DNA of 32,000 nucleotides from Megasphaera elsdenii DSM 20460 (GCF_003010495.1 NZ_CP027570.1:2070001-2102000), one strand, 5' to 3'. Shown: positions 17,257 through 24,591, counted from the first letter of the stretch. A program made the numbers and translations. The notes: generated from the letters alone by a model not told the origin.

Positions 17257-17283
17257 GGGCCGCCCTCCGGGACGGCCCCTACA
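17257..17283 (-). repeat. GTAGGGG + GC hairpin module (REP-like), inverted relative to 17164-17189
   Basis: The plus strand reads GGGCCGCCC-TCC-GGGACGGCCC-CTACA. The minus strand reads TGTAGGGGCCGTCCCGGAGGGCGGCCC. Confidence 0.65.
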
Positions 17284-17284
17284 G

Positions 17285-17321
17285 AAAAAGGGCTTGTCGC
17301 ATACGCGACAAGCCCTTTTTC
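17285..17321. terminator. Bidirectional Rho-independent terminator between convergent pyrD and metI
   Basis: AAAAAGGGCTTGTCGC-ATAC-GCGACAAGCCCTTTTT: a perfect 13-bp stem with A5 and T5 flanks. Confidence 0.75.
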
Positions 17322-17323
17322 TA

Positions 17324-17977
17324 TCATTTCTTATTCTTTTTTCTCGATGCGAAGTCGCCGCCGGCCTGGATGACGTTGACGACGACGATGAGGATGATGA
17401 TCGTCGCCAGCATGACGTCGGGACGGAATCGCTGGTAACCGTAGCGGATGGCGATATCCCCGAGGCCGCCACCGCCGATGGCGCCGGCCATGGCCGATGC
17501 CCCGATGAGGTTGACGATGAGGACGGTGATGTTATTGATGATCGTCGGCAGGGCTTCCGGGATAAGGACCTTGCGGATGATCTGGAAGGGCGTAGCCCCC
17601 ATGGATTCGGCCGCTTCGACGAGGCCGAAATCGACGTCGCGGATGGACGTTTCGACGAGACGGCTCAGGAAGGGGATGGCGACGATGGTCAAGGGGACGC
17701 AGGCTGCCGTCGTACCGATGGACGTGCCGGCAATGAGGCGCGTCAGCGGGATGATGGCGACCATGAGGATGATGAACGGAATGGAACGGATGATGTTGAC
17801 GATGGTTCCAAGAATCTGATTGATGAAGCGGTTTTCCAGGATATGGCCTTTGCTGGTCGTGACCAGGGTGATACCCAGGGGAATACCGATGATGCCGCCG
17901 ATGATCGTGGCGACAGCGACCATATAGAATGTTTCTTGAATGCCTTGGAGCATTAACTTAATTATTTCTTGGGACAT
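17324..17977 (-). CDS. metI: Methionine ABC transporter permease
   Basis: 217-aa polytopic permease of MetI type (...VEAAESMGATPFQIIRKVLIPEALP...). It overlaps metN by 20 nt. Confidence 0.9.
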   Translation of the reverse strand: MSQEIIKLMLQGIQETFYMVAVATIIGGIIGIPLGITLVTTSKGHILENRFINQILGTIVNIIRSIPFIILMVAIIPLTRLIAGTSIGTTAACVPLTIVAIPFLSRLVETSIRDVDFGLVEAAESMGATPFQIIRKVLIPEALPTIINNITVLIVNLIGASAMAGAIGGGGLGDIAIRYGYQRFRPDVMLATIIILIVVVNVIQAGGDFASRKKNKK

Positions 17978-19001
17978 AACCTAAAACCTCACTTCCAATC
18001 GGTAATGTTTTGATATACGAGAATGCCTTGGCCTGTGTTTCCATATCGCCCATGATGACGACGATGAGGTAGCCGAAGGGTTCATCCTGGATATAGTCGA
18101 TGTTGCCATAGAGGACGCTGACTTCGACGTTGAACTTGCGGACGACGTCGGCGACGACGGGATCGTTGGTGGCAGCGCCTTTGAAGCGCAGGCGGACGAG
18201 CATGTTGCGGTCCGGTGCAGGCTGATTGGTGACGCCCAGGTTCTTGATGCCTGCCGGCAGTTCCATGTTGATGATGGACGTGACGAAGTCTTTCATCGTC
18301 TGGGACTGAGGATTGGTGAAGATGTCGACGACGCGGCCCATTTCCTTGATGACGCCGCTTTCGATGACGGCGACGCGATGGCAGATTTCCTTGACGACGG
18401 CCATTTCATGGGTGATGACGACGATGGTGATGCCCAGGCGCTTGTTGATGTCCTGGAGCAGTTCCAGGATGGATTTCGTTGTCTGCGGGTCCAAGGCCGA
18501 TGTGGCTTCGTCGCAGAGCAGGATCTTCGGGTCGCTGGCCAGGGCGCGGGCAATGCCGACACGCTGTTTCTGGCCACCCGAGAGCTGGGACGGGTAATTG
18601 CCGGCCCGGTCGCTGAGGCCGACCAGGTCCAGAAGAGATGCGACTTTCTTTTCGATGACGTCTTTCGAGGCCCCAATCAGTTCCAGCGGGAAGGCAATGT
18701 TTTCGGCAACCGTACGGGATGATAACAGATTGAAATGCTGGAAAATCATGCCGATGTTCTTGCGTTCTGCCCGCAACTGGGATTCACTCATCTTGGTCAG
18801 GTCCTTGTCGTCGATGATGACCTGGCCGCTCGTCGGCTTCTCTAACATATTGATGCAGCGGACCAGCGTCGATTTGCCGGCGCCGCTCTTGCCGATGATA
18901 CCGAAGATTTCGCCGTCTTCGATGGTCAGGTTGATGCCTTTCAGGGCCTGGACCTGAGCCGAGCCGCCGTAGGTCTTGGTAATATTTTTCAGTGTAATCA
19001 C
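17958..19001 (-). CDS. metN: Methionine ABC transporter ATP-binding protein
   Basis: Walker A GKSGAGKST, signature LSGGQKQRVGIARAL, Walker B LLCDEATSALD, and a C-terminal NIL/ACT-like domain. GTG start at 19001 lies 8 nt after RBS AAGGAG. A SAM riboswitch lies upstream. Confidence 0.93.
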   Translation of the reverse strand: MITLKNITKTYGGSAQVQALKGINLTIEDGEIFGIIGKSGAGKSTLVRCINMLEKPTSGQVIIDDKDLTKMSESQLRAERKNIGMIFQHFNLLSSRTVAENIAFPLELIGASKDVIEKKVASLLDLVGLSDRAGNYPSQLSGGQKQRVGIARALASDPKILLCDEATSALDPQTTKSILELLQDINKRLGITIVVITHEMAVVKEICHRVAVIESGVIKEMGRVVDIFTNPQSQTMKDFVTSIINMELPAGIKNLGVTNQPAPDRNMLVRLRFKGAATNDPVVADVVRKFNVEVSVLYGNIDYIQDEPFGYLIVVIMGDMETQAKAFSYIKTLPIGSEVLGYVPRNN

Positions 19002-19043
19002 AATATCAACTCCTTAAAATAGGCGTAACTAGGGAAAAACAAC

Positions 19044-19074
19044 AACAAAAAAGGCCGTCATGCAGATGACGGCC
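19044..19074 (-). terminator. Riboswitch expression-platform terminator
   Basis: The minus strand reads GGCCGTCAT-CTGC-ATGACGGCC followed by TTTTTT. It lies between the SAM-I aptamer and the metN RBS. Confidence 0.75.
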
Positions 19075-19087
19075 GTATATACGGTTT

Positions 19088-19188
19088 CATTTCATCTGTC
19101 GGAATGTTCCGTTGGAATTGGCACCTTCCCGATAGGGGGTTGCCGCAGCGTCATCGGGCCAGTCCCTCAGCTGCTCTGGATGAAGGGT
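19088..19188 (-). promoter_or_regulatory. SAM-I (S-box) riboswitch aptamer
   Basis: The minus strand reads CTTCATCCAGAGCAGCTGAGGGACTGGCCCGATGACGCTGCGGCAACCCCCTATCGGGAAGGTGCCAATTCCAACGGAACATTCCGACAGATGAA. It contains the S-box hallmarks AGAG, GAGGGACTGGCCCGATGA, GGCAACC and GGTGCCAATTCC, plus a closing P1 helix TTCATC/GATGAA. Confidence 0.88.
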
Positions 19189-19206
19189 ATATGGTTGTTG
19201 CGTCTT

Positions 19207-19235
19207 ATAATAGCACGGATGGCCGGGCTTGTCAA
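19207..19235 (-). promoter_or_regulatory. sigma-70-type promoter driving the S-box-metNI transcript
   Basis: On the minus strand: TTGACA (19235-19230), 17 nt, TATTAT (19212-19207), immediately upstream of the riboswitch. Confidence 0.55.
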
Positions 19236-19245
19236 TGGAAAATCG

Positions 19246-20478
19246 TTATTGTGCCCAGTCGCCATGGGTAAAGACCGGCACCGTCGTGCCGTCTGCCTTG
19301 GTCCCGGTGATGGTCAGGTCCGGCGAACCGACCATGAAATCGACGTGGATCATGGAATCGTTGAGACCGGCTGCGGCGATGGCGTCTTTGTCCATATCGG
19401 CGCCGCCAGCCAGGCAGGTCGGATACGATGCGCCCAGGGCCAGGTGGCACGAGGCGTTTTCGTCGAAGAGCGTTTCATAGAAGAGGATGCCCGACAGGGA
19501 AATGGGGGAATGGTAAGGGATGAGGGCCACTTCGCCGAGGCGGCAGGCGCCTTCGTCGATGGCGATGAGTTTCTTCAGGACGTCTTCACCCGTTTCGGCG
19601 GCTGCGGCGACGACTTTGCCGTCTTTGAAGGTCAGGTGGAACTTGTCGATGAGGTTGCCGTTATAGACCAGGGGCTTGGTGCTGTAGACCGTGCCGTTGA
19701 CGGCGTCGGCCTTAGGCGCGGAATAGATTTCTTCCGTCGGGATGTTGGCGTTGAACAGCAGGTGGTCTGCCGTCTCTTCCATTCCGCCCTGCCAGATATG
19801 GCCGTCCGGCAGGCCGAGGGTCAGGTCCGTCCCCAGGCTGTTGGTATAATGGAGGCTGGTGAAGTGCTGATCCGTCATCCAGGTCCGGCGTTTCTTCAGC
19901 TCTGCCAGATGGGAGTCCCAGTCGGCCAGGGCATCGGCACCGTCGGCGCGGGATGACTGGAGGATTTGCTTCCACAAGGCTTCATAAGCGGCGTCGGCGT
20001 CGAGGTCCGGATAGAGGAGCTTGGCCCAGATGGCACTGGGGACAGCGGCGACGAGCCACGTCGTCTTCGAGGCCATCATGCCGTCGATGTATTCCTTGAG
20101 GGCTTCGTTCTGGGCCTTCTGCTGGGCGAAGATCTTCTTAGTGTCGATGCCGTCCATGAGATACGGGTTGGCCGAGATGAGGCTGAGGAAGGCCGCTTTC
20201 TTATGGTAGTAATAGAGACTGAAGTCGCGGCGCCAGTCCGGCAGGGACTCGAAGTACTGCTGGTCTTCGTGTTCGTAGCGCAGGCGGGCCATGGCGTCAG
20301 ATCGCCAGTTGCAGACGACCTGGGCGGCGCCGGCCGTATAGGCCTCTTTTGTCAAGAGGGCGACGAAGTCGTGCGATTCGACAGGGGCGTTGATGACCAG
20401 GGTCTGGCCTTGCTGCAGGTTCAGGCCCTTCTGTAAGAGGACGCGGGCATAAGCCGTTAATTGCTGAGTAGTTGGCAT
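19246..20478 (-). CDS. Aminopeptidase, M29 family (AmpS/PepS-like)
   Basis: 410 aa. The N-terminus ...YARVLLQKGLNLQQGQTLVINAPVE... and the C-terminus ...HLALGASYP...GLNDSMIHVDFM... match the thermophilic metalloprotease M29 pattern. Confidence 0.88.
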   Translation of the reverse strand: MPTTQQLTAYARVLLQKGLNLQQGQTLVINAPVESHDFVALLTKEAYTAGAAQVVCNWRSDAMARLRYEHEDQQYFESLPDWRRDFSLYYYHKKAAFLSLISANPYLMDGIDTKKIFAQQKAQNEALKEYIDGMMASKTTWLVAAVPSAIWAKLLYPDLDADAAYEALWKQILQSSRADGADALADWDSHLAELKKRRTWMTDQHFTSLHYTNSLGTDLTLGLPDGHIWQGGMEETADHLLFNANIPTEEIYSAPKADAVNGTVYSTKPLVYNGNLIDKFHLTFKDGKVVAAAAETGEDVLKKLIAIDEGACRLGEVALIPYHSPISLSGILFYETLFDENASCHLALGASYPTCLAGGADMDKDAIAAAGLNDSMIHVDFMVGSPDLTITGTKADGTTVPVFTHGDWAQ

Positions 20479-20482
20479 AAAA

Positions 20483-21844
20483 TCACTCCTTAGTAGATGG
20501 GTATGAGATGGGAACTTTCCAGGCCGTATGTTTCCACAGGCGCCAGTTCAGGGCGCTGGCATTGATGGCCAGGCCGATGATGAGGCTGATCCAGTAGCCA
20601 TAGGGGCCGTAAGACGTGGCGTGGGCCATGGCATAGCCCATGGGGATGCTGATGAGCCAGTACGTCACGAAGGCGACATAAGTGATGATCTTGACGTCCT
20701 TATAGCCGCGCAGGATGCCCTGGACCGGCGTACCGGCGGCATCGAAGAAGGAAAAGGCGACGGCATAGAAGATGAACATGCGGATGGCCCAGAACGTCTC
20801 GGCATCGCTGGTAAAGACCCTGGCGATGGGGTCGATGAAATGATAGGTCATGGCGATGAGCCCGAGGGCGATGACAAAAGCCGTCATCTGGCTGAGCACG
20901 GCGTATTGCCGGGCTGCGGCGTAATTGCGGGCGCCGACTTCATAGCCGATGACGATGGTCGCCGTCAGGCTGATGCTCCAGGGCAGGGTGTACGTCAGGG
21001 TCGAATAACTGATGGCGGCCTGGTTGGCGGCCAGGTACAGCGTGCCGAACTCGGCCATGAACAGGCCGACGATGGAGAACAGGCTCGTTTCGCAGAAGAC
21101 GGCGATAAAGATGGGAATGCCCAATTCCAGCTGGTGATGGATGTGATGCCAGCTGACGGGCCGCAGGCGGCTCCACAGGTGATAGGACCGGAACGGTTCC
21201 ATCCACTGCAGGACAGCTGCAAAGAGCAGGAAAGACAGCCACGACGCGATGGTGATGGCATAGCCCGTGCCGATGCCGCCCATGGCCGGAATGGGACCAG
21301 CGCCGAAGATGAGCAGGCGGAAGAGGAGAATCGTCAGGACCAGGTTGATGACTAAGATCGTCATGGAAACGTGGGTCTTGCCGTGGGCGTCGACGATATA
21401 GCGCATCGTCGCCTGCAGGCAGATGGGGACCAGCCCCAGGGCCAGAGCCTTGAGGTATTCCCAGGCGATGTAGCGGACCGGCGCGTCGAGGCCCATGAAG
21501 TCGAGGAAGGGCGGCATGAGAACGGCACCGGCCAGGAAAATGACGACTGTAAAGCCCAGGCTCAGGTACAGGCTCTGCATGATGTACGGCGGGATTTCTT
21601 CGGTCCTTTTCGCACCCCGGAGCTGGGCGATGATCGGCGAGATGCCGAAGAAAATACCGCACAGGCCGGCAAAGACGGGATACCAGATATTGACGGCCAC
21701 GGCGACGCCGGCCAGGTCGATCGTCCCGGCGCGGCCGCTGAAAATCGAACTGAAAACGGCCGTCCCGACCTGGGCCATCTGCGTCAGGAGCAGGGGAAAG
21801 AACAGGACCAAGAAATGGCGCAATTGAAATAAATGGGGGGACAT
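20483..21844 (-). CDS. MATE-family efflux transporter
   Basis: 453-aa protein with about 12 TM segments and the N-terminal MATE signature ...LFFPLLLTQMAQVGTAVFSSIFSGRAG.... RBS AAGGAGG lies upstream. It sits 4 nt upstream of the aminopeptidase gene. Confidence 0.9.
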   Translation of the reverse strand: MSPHLFQLRHFLVLFFPLLLTQMAQVGTAVFSSIFSGRAGTIDLAGVAVAVNIWYPVFAGLCGIFFGISPIIAQLRGAKRTEEIPPYIMQSLYLSLGFTVVIFLAGAVLMPPFLDFMGLDAPVRYIAWEYLKALALGLVPICLQATMRYIVDAHGKTHVSMTILVINLVLTILLFRLLIFGAGPIPAMGGIGTGYAITIASWLSFLLFAAVLQWMEPFRSYHLWSRLRPVSWHHIHHQLELGIPIFIAVFCETSLFSIVGLFMAEFGTLYLAANQAAISYSTLTYTLPWSISLTATIVIGYEVGARNYAAARQYAVLSQMTAFVIALGLIAMTYHFIDPIARVFTSDAETFWAIRMFIFYAVAFSFFDAAGTPVQGILRGYKDVKIITYVAFVTYWLISIPMGYAMAHATSYGPYGYWISLIIGLAINASALNWRLWKHTAWKVPISYPSTKE

Positions 21845-21861
21845 AGCATCCTCCTTGTATG

Positions 21862-21893
21862 AAAAAGGGCTTGTCGCACAACGACAAGCCCTT
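21862..21893 (-). terminator. Terminator-like hairpin 17 nt upstream of the MATE start codon
   Basis: AAGGGCTTGTCG-CACAA-CGACAAGCCCTT, a 12-bp stem. On the minus strand it is followed by TTTTT. The stem sequence is the same as in the 17285-17321 terminator. Confidence 0.55.
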
Positions 21894-21900
21894 TAAAGTT

Positions 21901-21981
21901 GTTAGTGGCTAGCAGTTAGTTGTTAGCGGATGGCTTTAAATTTAAAGGCCTTCTTCAAGCTTCAAACCTCAAACATAAACG
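21901..21981. repeat. Heptad arrays flanking a TTTAAATTTAAA core
   Basis: Plus-strand heptads GTTAGTG GCTAGCA GTTAGTT GTTAGCG GATGGCT lie at 21901-21935. The core TTAAATTTAAAGG follows. Minus-strand heptads GTTTGAG GTTTGAA GCTTGAA GAAGGCC lie at 21974-21947. The two arms use different heptamer types and are not complementary. Confidence 0.7.
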
Positions 21982-22034
21982 AAAAAGGGACCGTGCATGA
22001 TGGTCGAAACCTTCATGCGCCAGTCCCCCTTTTC
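21982..22034 (-). terminator. rpsT terminator (= CATGA...CCTTCRTG hairpin module, copy C)
   Basis: GGGACCGTGCATGATGGTCGAAACCTTCATGCGCCAGTCCC (21987-22027), with A5 on the left (T5 on the minus strand) and CCTTTTC on the right. It begins about 10 nt after the rpsT stop. Confidence 0.6.
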
Positions 22035-22042
22035 AGTCAAGC

Positions 22043-22309
22043 TTATTTACCCATAGCATTGACTTTGGAAGCCAAACGGGATTTTTTACGAGCTGCAGTG
22101 TTTTTATGGAGAACGCCTTTCTGTGCGGCGCTGTCGATTACGCTGCTAGCTTTATCGAATGCTTTTTTAACAGCTTCAGCGTCACCAGCGGCGATAGCTT
22201 CGGTCGTACGGCGGATAGCAGTATGAACAGAAGATTTAACCTGAGAGTTAGCTGCGTGACGAGCTGCGTCTTTTTCCATCGTTTTGATATTGGATTTAAT
22301 CTGCGGCAA
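22043..22309 (-). CDS. rpsT: 30S ribosomal protein S20
   Basis: PQIKSNIKTMEKDAARHAANSQVKSSV...KGVLHKNTAARKKSRL is a typical S20. I prefer the TTG start at 22309, 8 nt after GGGAGG. The track's GTG 22318 lies immediately 3' of that RBS. Confidence 0.9.
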   Translation of the reverse strand: MPQIKSNIKTMEKDAARHAANSQVKSSVHTAIRRTTEAIAAGDAEAVKKAFDKASSVIDSAAQKGVLHKNTAARKKSRLASKVNAMGK

Positions 22310-22347
22310 TGGATTCACCTCCCTAATTTACAAGAACACTAGAAGAA

Positions 22348-22376
22348 ATTTTACCATATGGCGCAGAAAAAATCAA
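22348..22376 (-). promoter_or_regulatory. Candidate rpsT promoter
   Basis: On the minus strand: TTGATT (22376-22371), 17 nt, TAAAAT (22353-22348), with an extended -10 TGG. Confidence 0.5.
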
Positions 22377-22399
22377 TACCTTTTTTACAAGACATACGA

Positions 22400-23365
22400 T
22401 TAAGCTTTGCCTTCCGAGCCGAGGACGCATTTAATCTTGTGAGCGACGATGTCATGGACGAACTGACGGCCGTCGGCGAGGTACTGGCGCGGGTCGAAAT
22501 GTTCCGGGTGCTGTGCCATGTGCTGACGGATGCCGGCAGTCAGGCCGAGACGGAGGTCGGAGTCGATATTGATCTTGCAGACAGCCATGGAAGCCGCTTT
22601 GCGGAGCTGGTCTTCCGGGATGCCGATAGCGTCGGCCAGGTTGCCGCCGTTTTCATTGATGATCTTGACATATTCCGGTACGACCGAAGATGCGCCGTGG
22701 AGGACGATCGGGAAGCCCGGCAGGCGTTTGGAGACTTCTTCGAGGATGTCGAAGCGAAGTGTCGGCGGTACGAGGACGCCGTCTGCGTTGCGCGTGCACT
22801 GTTCCGGTGTGAATTTGAATGCGCCGTGGCTGGTGCCGATAGCGATGGCCAGGGAATCGACGCCCGTGCGGGATACAAATTCTTCGACTTCTTCCGGACG
22901 GGTATAGTGAGCTTCATGAGCAGCAACTTTGACATCATCTTCGATGCCGGCCAGCTGGCCCAGTTCGCCTTCGACGACGACGCCGTGAGCGTGTGCATAT
23001 TCAACGACTTTTTTCGTGAGGGCGATATTGTCTTCGAAAGAATGTTTCGAGCCGTCGATCATGACGGAAGTGAAACCGCCGTCGATGCAGTCTTTGCAGG
23101 TTTCAAAGTCAGCGCCGTGGTCGAGGTGAAGGGCGATGGGGAGATCATGATCTTCCAAAGCTGCTTCTACGAGATGTTTCAAATACGGCGGTTTAGCGTA
23201 TTTGCGGGCACCGGCCGAAGCCTGAAGGATGATCGGGGAATTCAATTCAGCAGCGGCCTGGGTGACGCCCTGGACGATTTCCATGTTGTTGATGTTGAAT
23301 GCGCCGATAGCATAGTGGCCTTCATAGGCTTTTTTAAACATTTCTGTAGTTCCAATTAATGGCAT
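22400..23365 (-). CDS. fba: Class II fructose-1,6-bisphosphate aldolase
   Basis: ...YAIGAFNINNMEIVQG..., ...ALHLDHGADF..., ...AIAIGTSHGAFKF... and ...IVLHGASSVP... are canonical class-II FBA motifs. Confidence 0.95.
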   Translation of the reverse strand: MPLIGTTEMFKKAYEGHYAIGAFNINNMEIVQGVTQAAAELNSPIILQASAGARKYAKPPYLKHLVEAALEDHDLPIALHLDHGADFETCKDCIDGGFTSVMIDGSKHSFEDNIALTKKVVEYAHAHGVVVEGELGQLAGIEDDVKVAAHEAHYTRPEEVEEFVSRTGVDSLAIAIGTSHGAFKFTPEQCTRNADGVLVPPTLRFDILEEVSKRLPGFPIVLHGASSVVPEYVKIINENGGNLADAIGIPEDQLRKAASMAVCKINIDSDLRLGLTAGIRQHMAQHPEHFDPRQYLADGRQFVHDIVAHKIKCVLGSEGKA

Positions 23366-23400
23366 GTTTACATTCCTCCTACATAATACGTAAAGATGTT

Positions 23401-24282
23401 TTAGTATATATAATTCCAGCCGGCCCGTTGGACGAGAGCGTCCATATCTTCAGGCAGCCGGGAATTAACGGTGATGAAGCGATGGCTCATGGGGTGGGTG
23501 AACTGGAGGCAGTAGGCGTGCAGGGCCTGGCGGCCGATGAAGCGGCGCGAACCGCCGTAGAGGTCGTCGCCGGCCAGGGGATAGCCCAGGTAACTGCTGT
23601 GGACCCGGATCTGATGGGTCCGTCCCGTGTGCAGGACGACCTGGAGCAGGCTGTAGTCCCTACCAGCTGCGAGGCAGGTGAAATCGGACCAGGCCGGCTT
23701 TCCGTCGAGGCGGACACAGCGGGTAATGATGCTATCGGGACATCTTCCGATGGGGGCGTGTACAGTTGTGACCCGCGATGGGTATCGTCCCTCACAGATG
23801 GCTAAGTACAAACGCTTATACCCCAGGTCCTGCTTATCGAAAGCATATTGGATCTGCGGCTCCTTGGCGACCATACAGAGGCCGGACGTATTCTTGTCCA
23901 GGCGGTGCATTGGGTGGTACGAACAGTGCTGGCCCGTCTTTTCATAGTGATAGGCGACGGCATTGGCCAGGGTCCCGTCCCGGACGGCGGATGTCGGGTG
24001 CATCAGGATGCCTGCCGGCTTGTCGATGACCATGAGGTAGTCGTCTTCGTAGACGATGCCAATGGGTATATCCTCTGGCGGAAAGGAATTCTTTTCCGGA
24101 AGGGTGACACAGATTTCATCCCCTTCCTGGACGAAGTCGCGCGTCGACGCCGCCTGTCCATTGATGGTGCAGATGCCGTTGTGTTTGATCCGGCGCCGCA
24201 GCGTCGATGAGACGCCGAAGTGTTTCAAGGCGCCGCCTAAGGATGTGGGCCGGGTAATCGTCCCGACGGTAAAATGAATCAT
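23401..24282 (-). CDS. RluA-family pseudouridine synthase (RluD-like, with N-terminal S4 domain)
   Basis: S4-like N-terminus (LKHFGVSSTLRRRIKHNGICTINGQ) and the catalytic motif HRLDKNTSGLCMVAK. The start is ATG 24282 (7 nt after AGGGGA) or ATG 24288. The track start at 24363 is an unlikely extension. Confidence 0.88.
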   Translation of the reverse strand: MIHFTVGTITRPTSLGGALKHFGVSSTLRRRIKHNGICTINGQAASTRDFVQEGDEICVTLPEKNSFPPEDIPIGIVYEDDYLMVIDKPAGILMHPTSAVRDGTLANAVAYHYEKTGQHCSYHPMHRLDKNTSGLCMVAKEPQIQYAFDKQDLGYKRLYLAICEGRYPSRVTTVHAPIGRCPDSIITRCVRLDGKPAWSDFTCLAAGRDYSLLQVVLHTGRTHQIRVHSSYLGYPLAGDDLYGGSRRFIGRQALHAYCLQFTHPMSHRFITVNSRLPEDMDALVQRAGWNYIY

Positions 24283-24437
24283 ATGCATTTCCCCTATATT
24301 GGCTTTGTCTACATCTATTATACAAAATGAAAATAAATAAATCCATACATTTCGTGAAATCATGTGGGCTATATTTTAGCCCGCAAGGGCCTGAGCGTGC
24401 GGTTTTTCAGAAAAAATCATCTTCTGGAAAAGGAAAC

Positions 24438-24467
24438 TTGACGCTCCGCGTCGAAATAGTATATCAT
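24438..24467 (+). promoter_or_regulatory. Candidate dnaG-rpoD promoter
   Basis: TTGACG (24438-24443), 18 nt, TATCAT (24462-24467). Confidence 0.35.
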
Positions 24468-24591
24468 AGGAATGTTATGTATCCATTTTTTATGATTTGC
24501 GAGAAAAGAGTGTTCCCTAAAGAAGGAATTTCACAGGTGGGTAGAGAATAATATATACGTCAGCGTTATTGAAATGAAACAGGTGATATGA

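Noticed and set aside
21901-21935. The heptamers resemble integron attC core sites (GTTRRRY), or HutP-type UAG-N4-UAG RNA-binding repeats (TAG recurs every 7 nt in GTTAGTG GCTAGCA GTTAGTT GTTAGCG).
   Set aside because: There is no integrase, cassette structure or attI nearby, and most heptamers at other loci (GTGGTTC, GTTTGAA) do not fit GTTRRRY. The TAG periodicity is confined to this one locus and no hut genes are adjacent. Both resemblances are probably coincidental.
21845-22042. Guanidine-I (ykkC) or another efflux-associated riboswitch in the MATE leader.
   Set aside because: Reading the minus strand, I could not find the conserved ykkC segments (GGGTTCCG, GGTCCGAGAG, ACGGCGGG-type blocks). 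The region is fully accounted for by the repeat modules. A covariance-model scan would be the definitive check.
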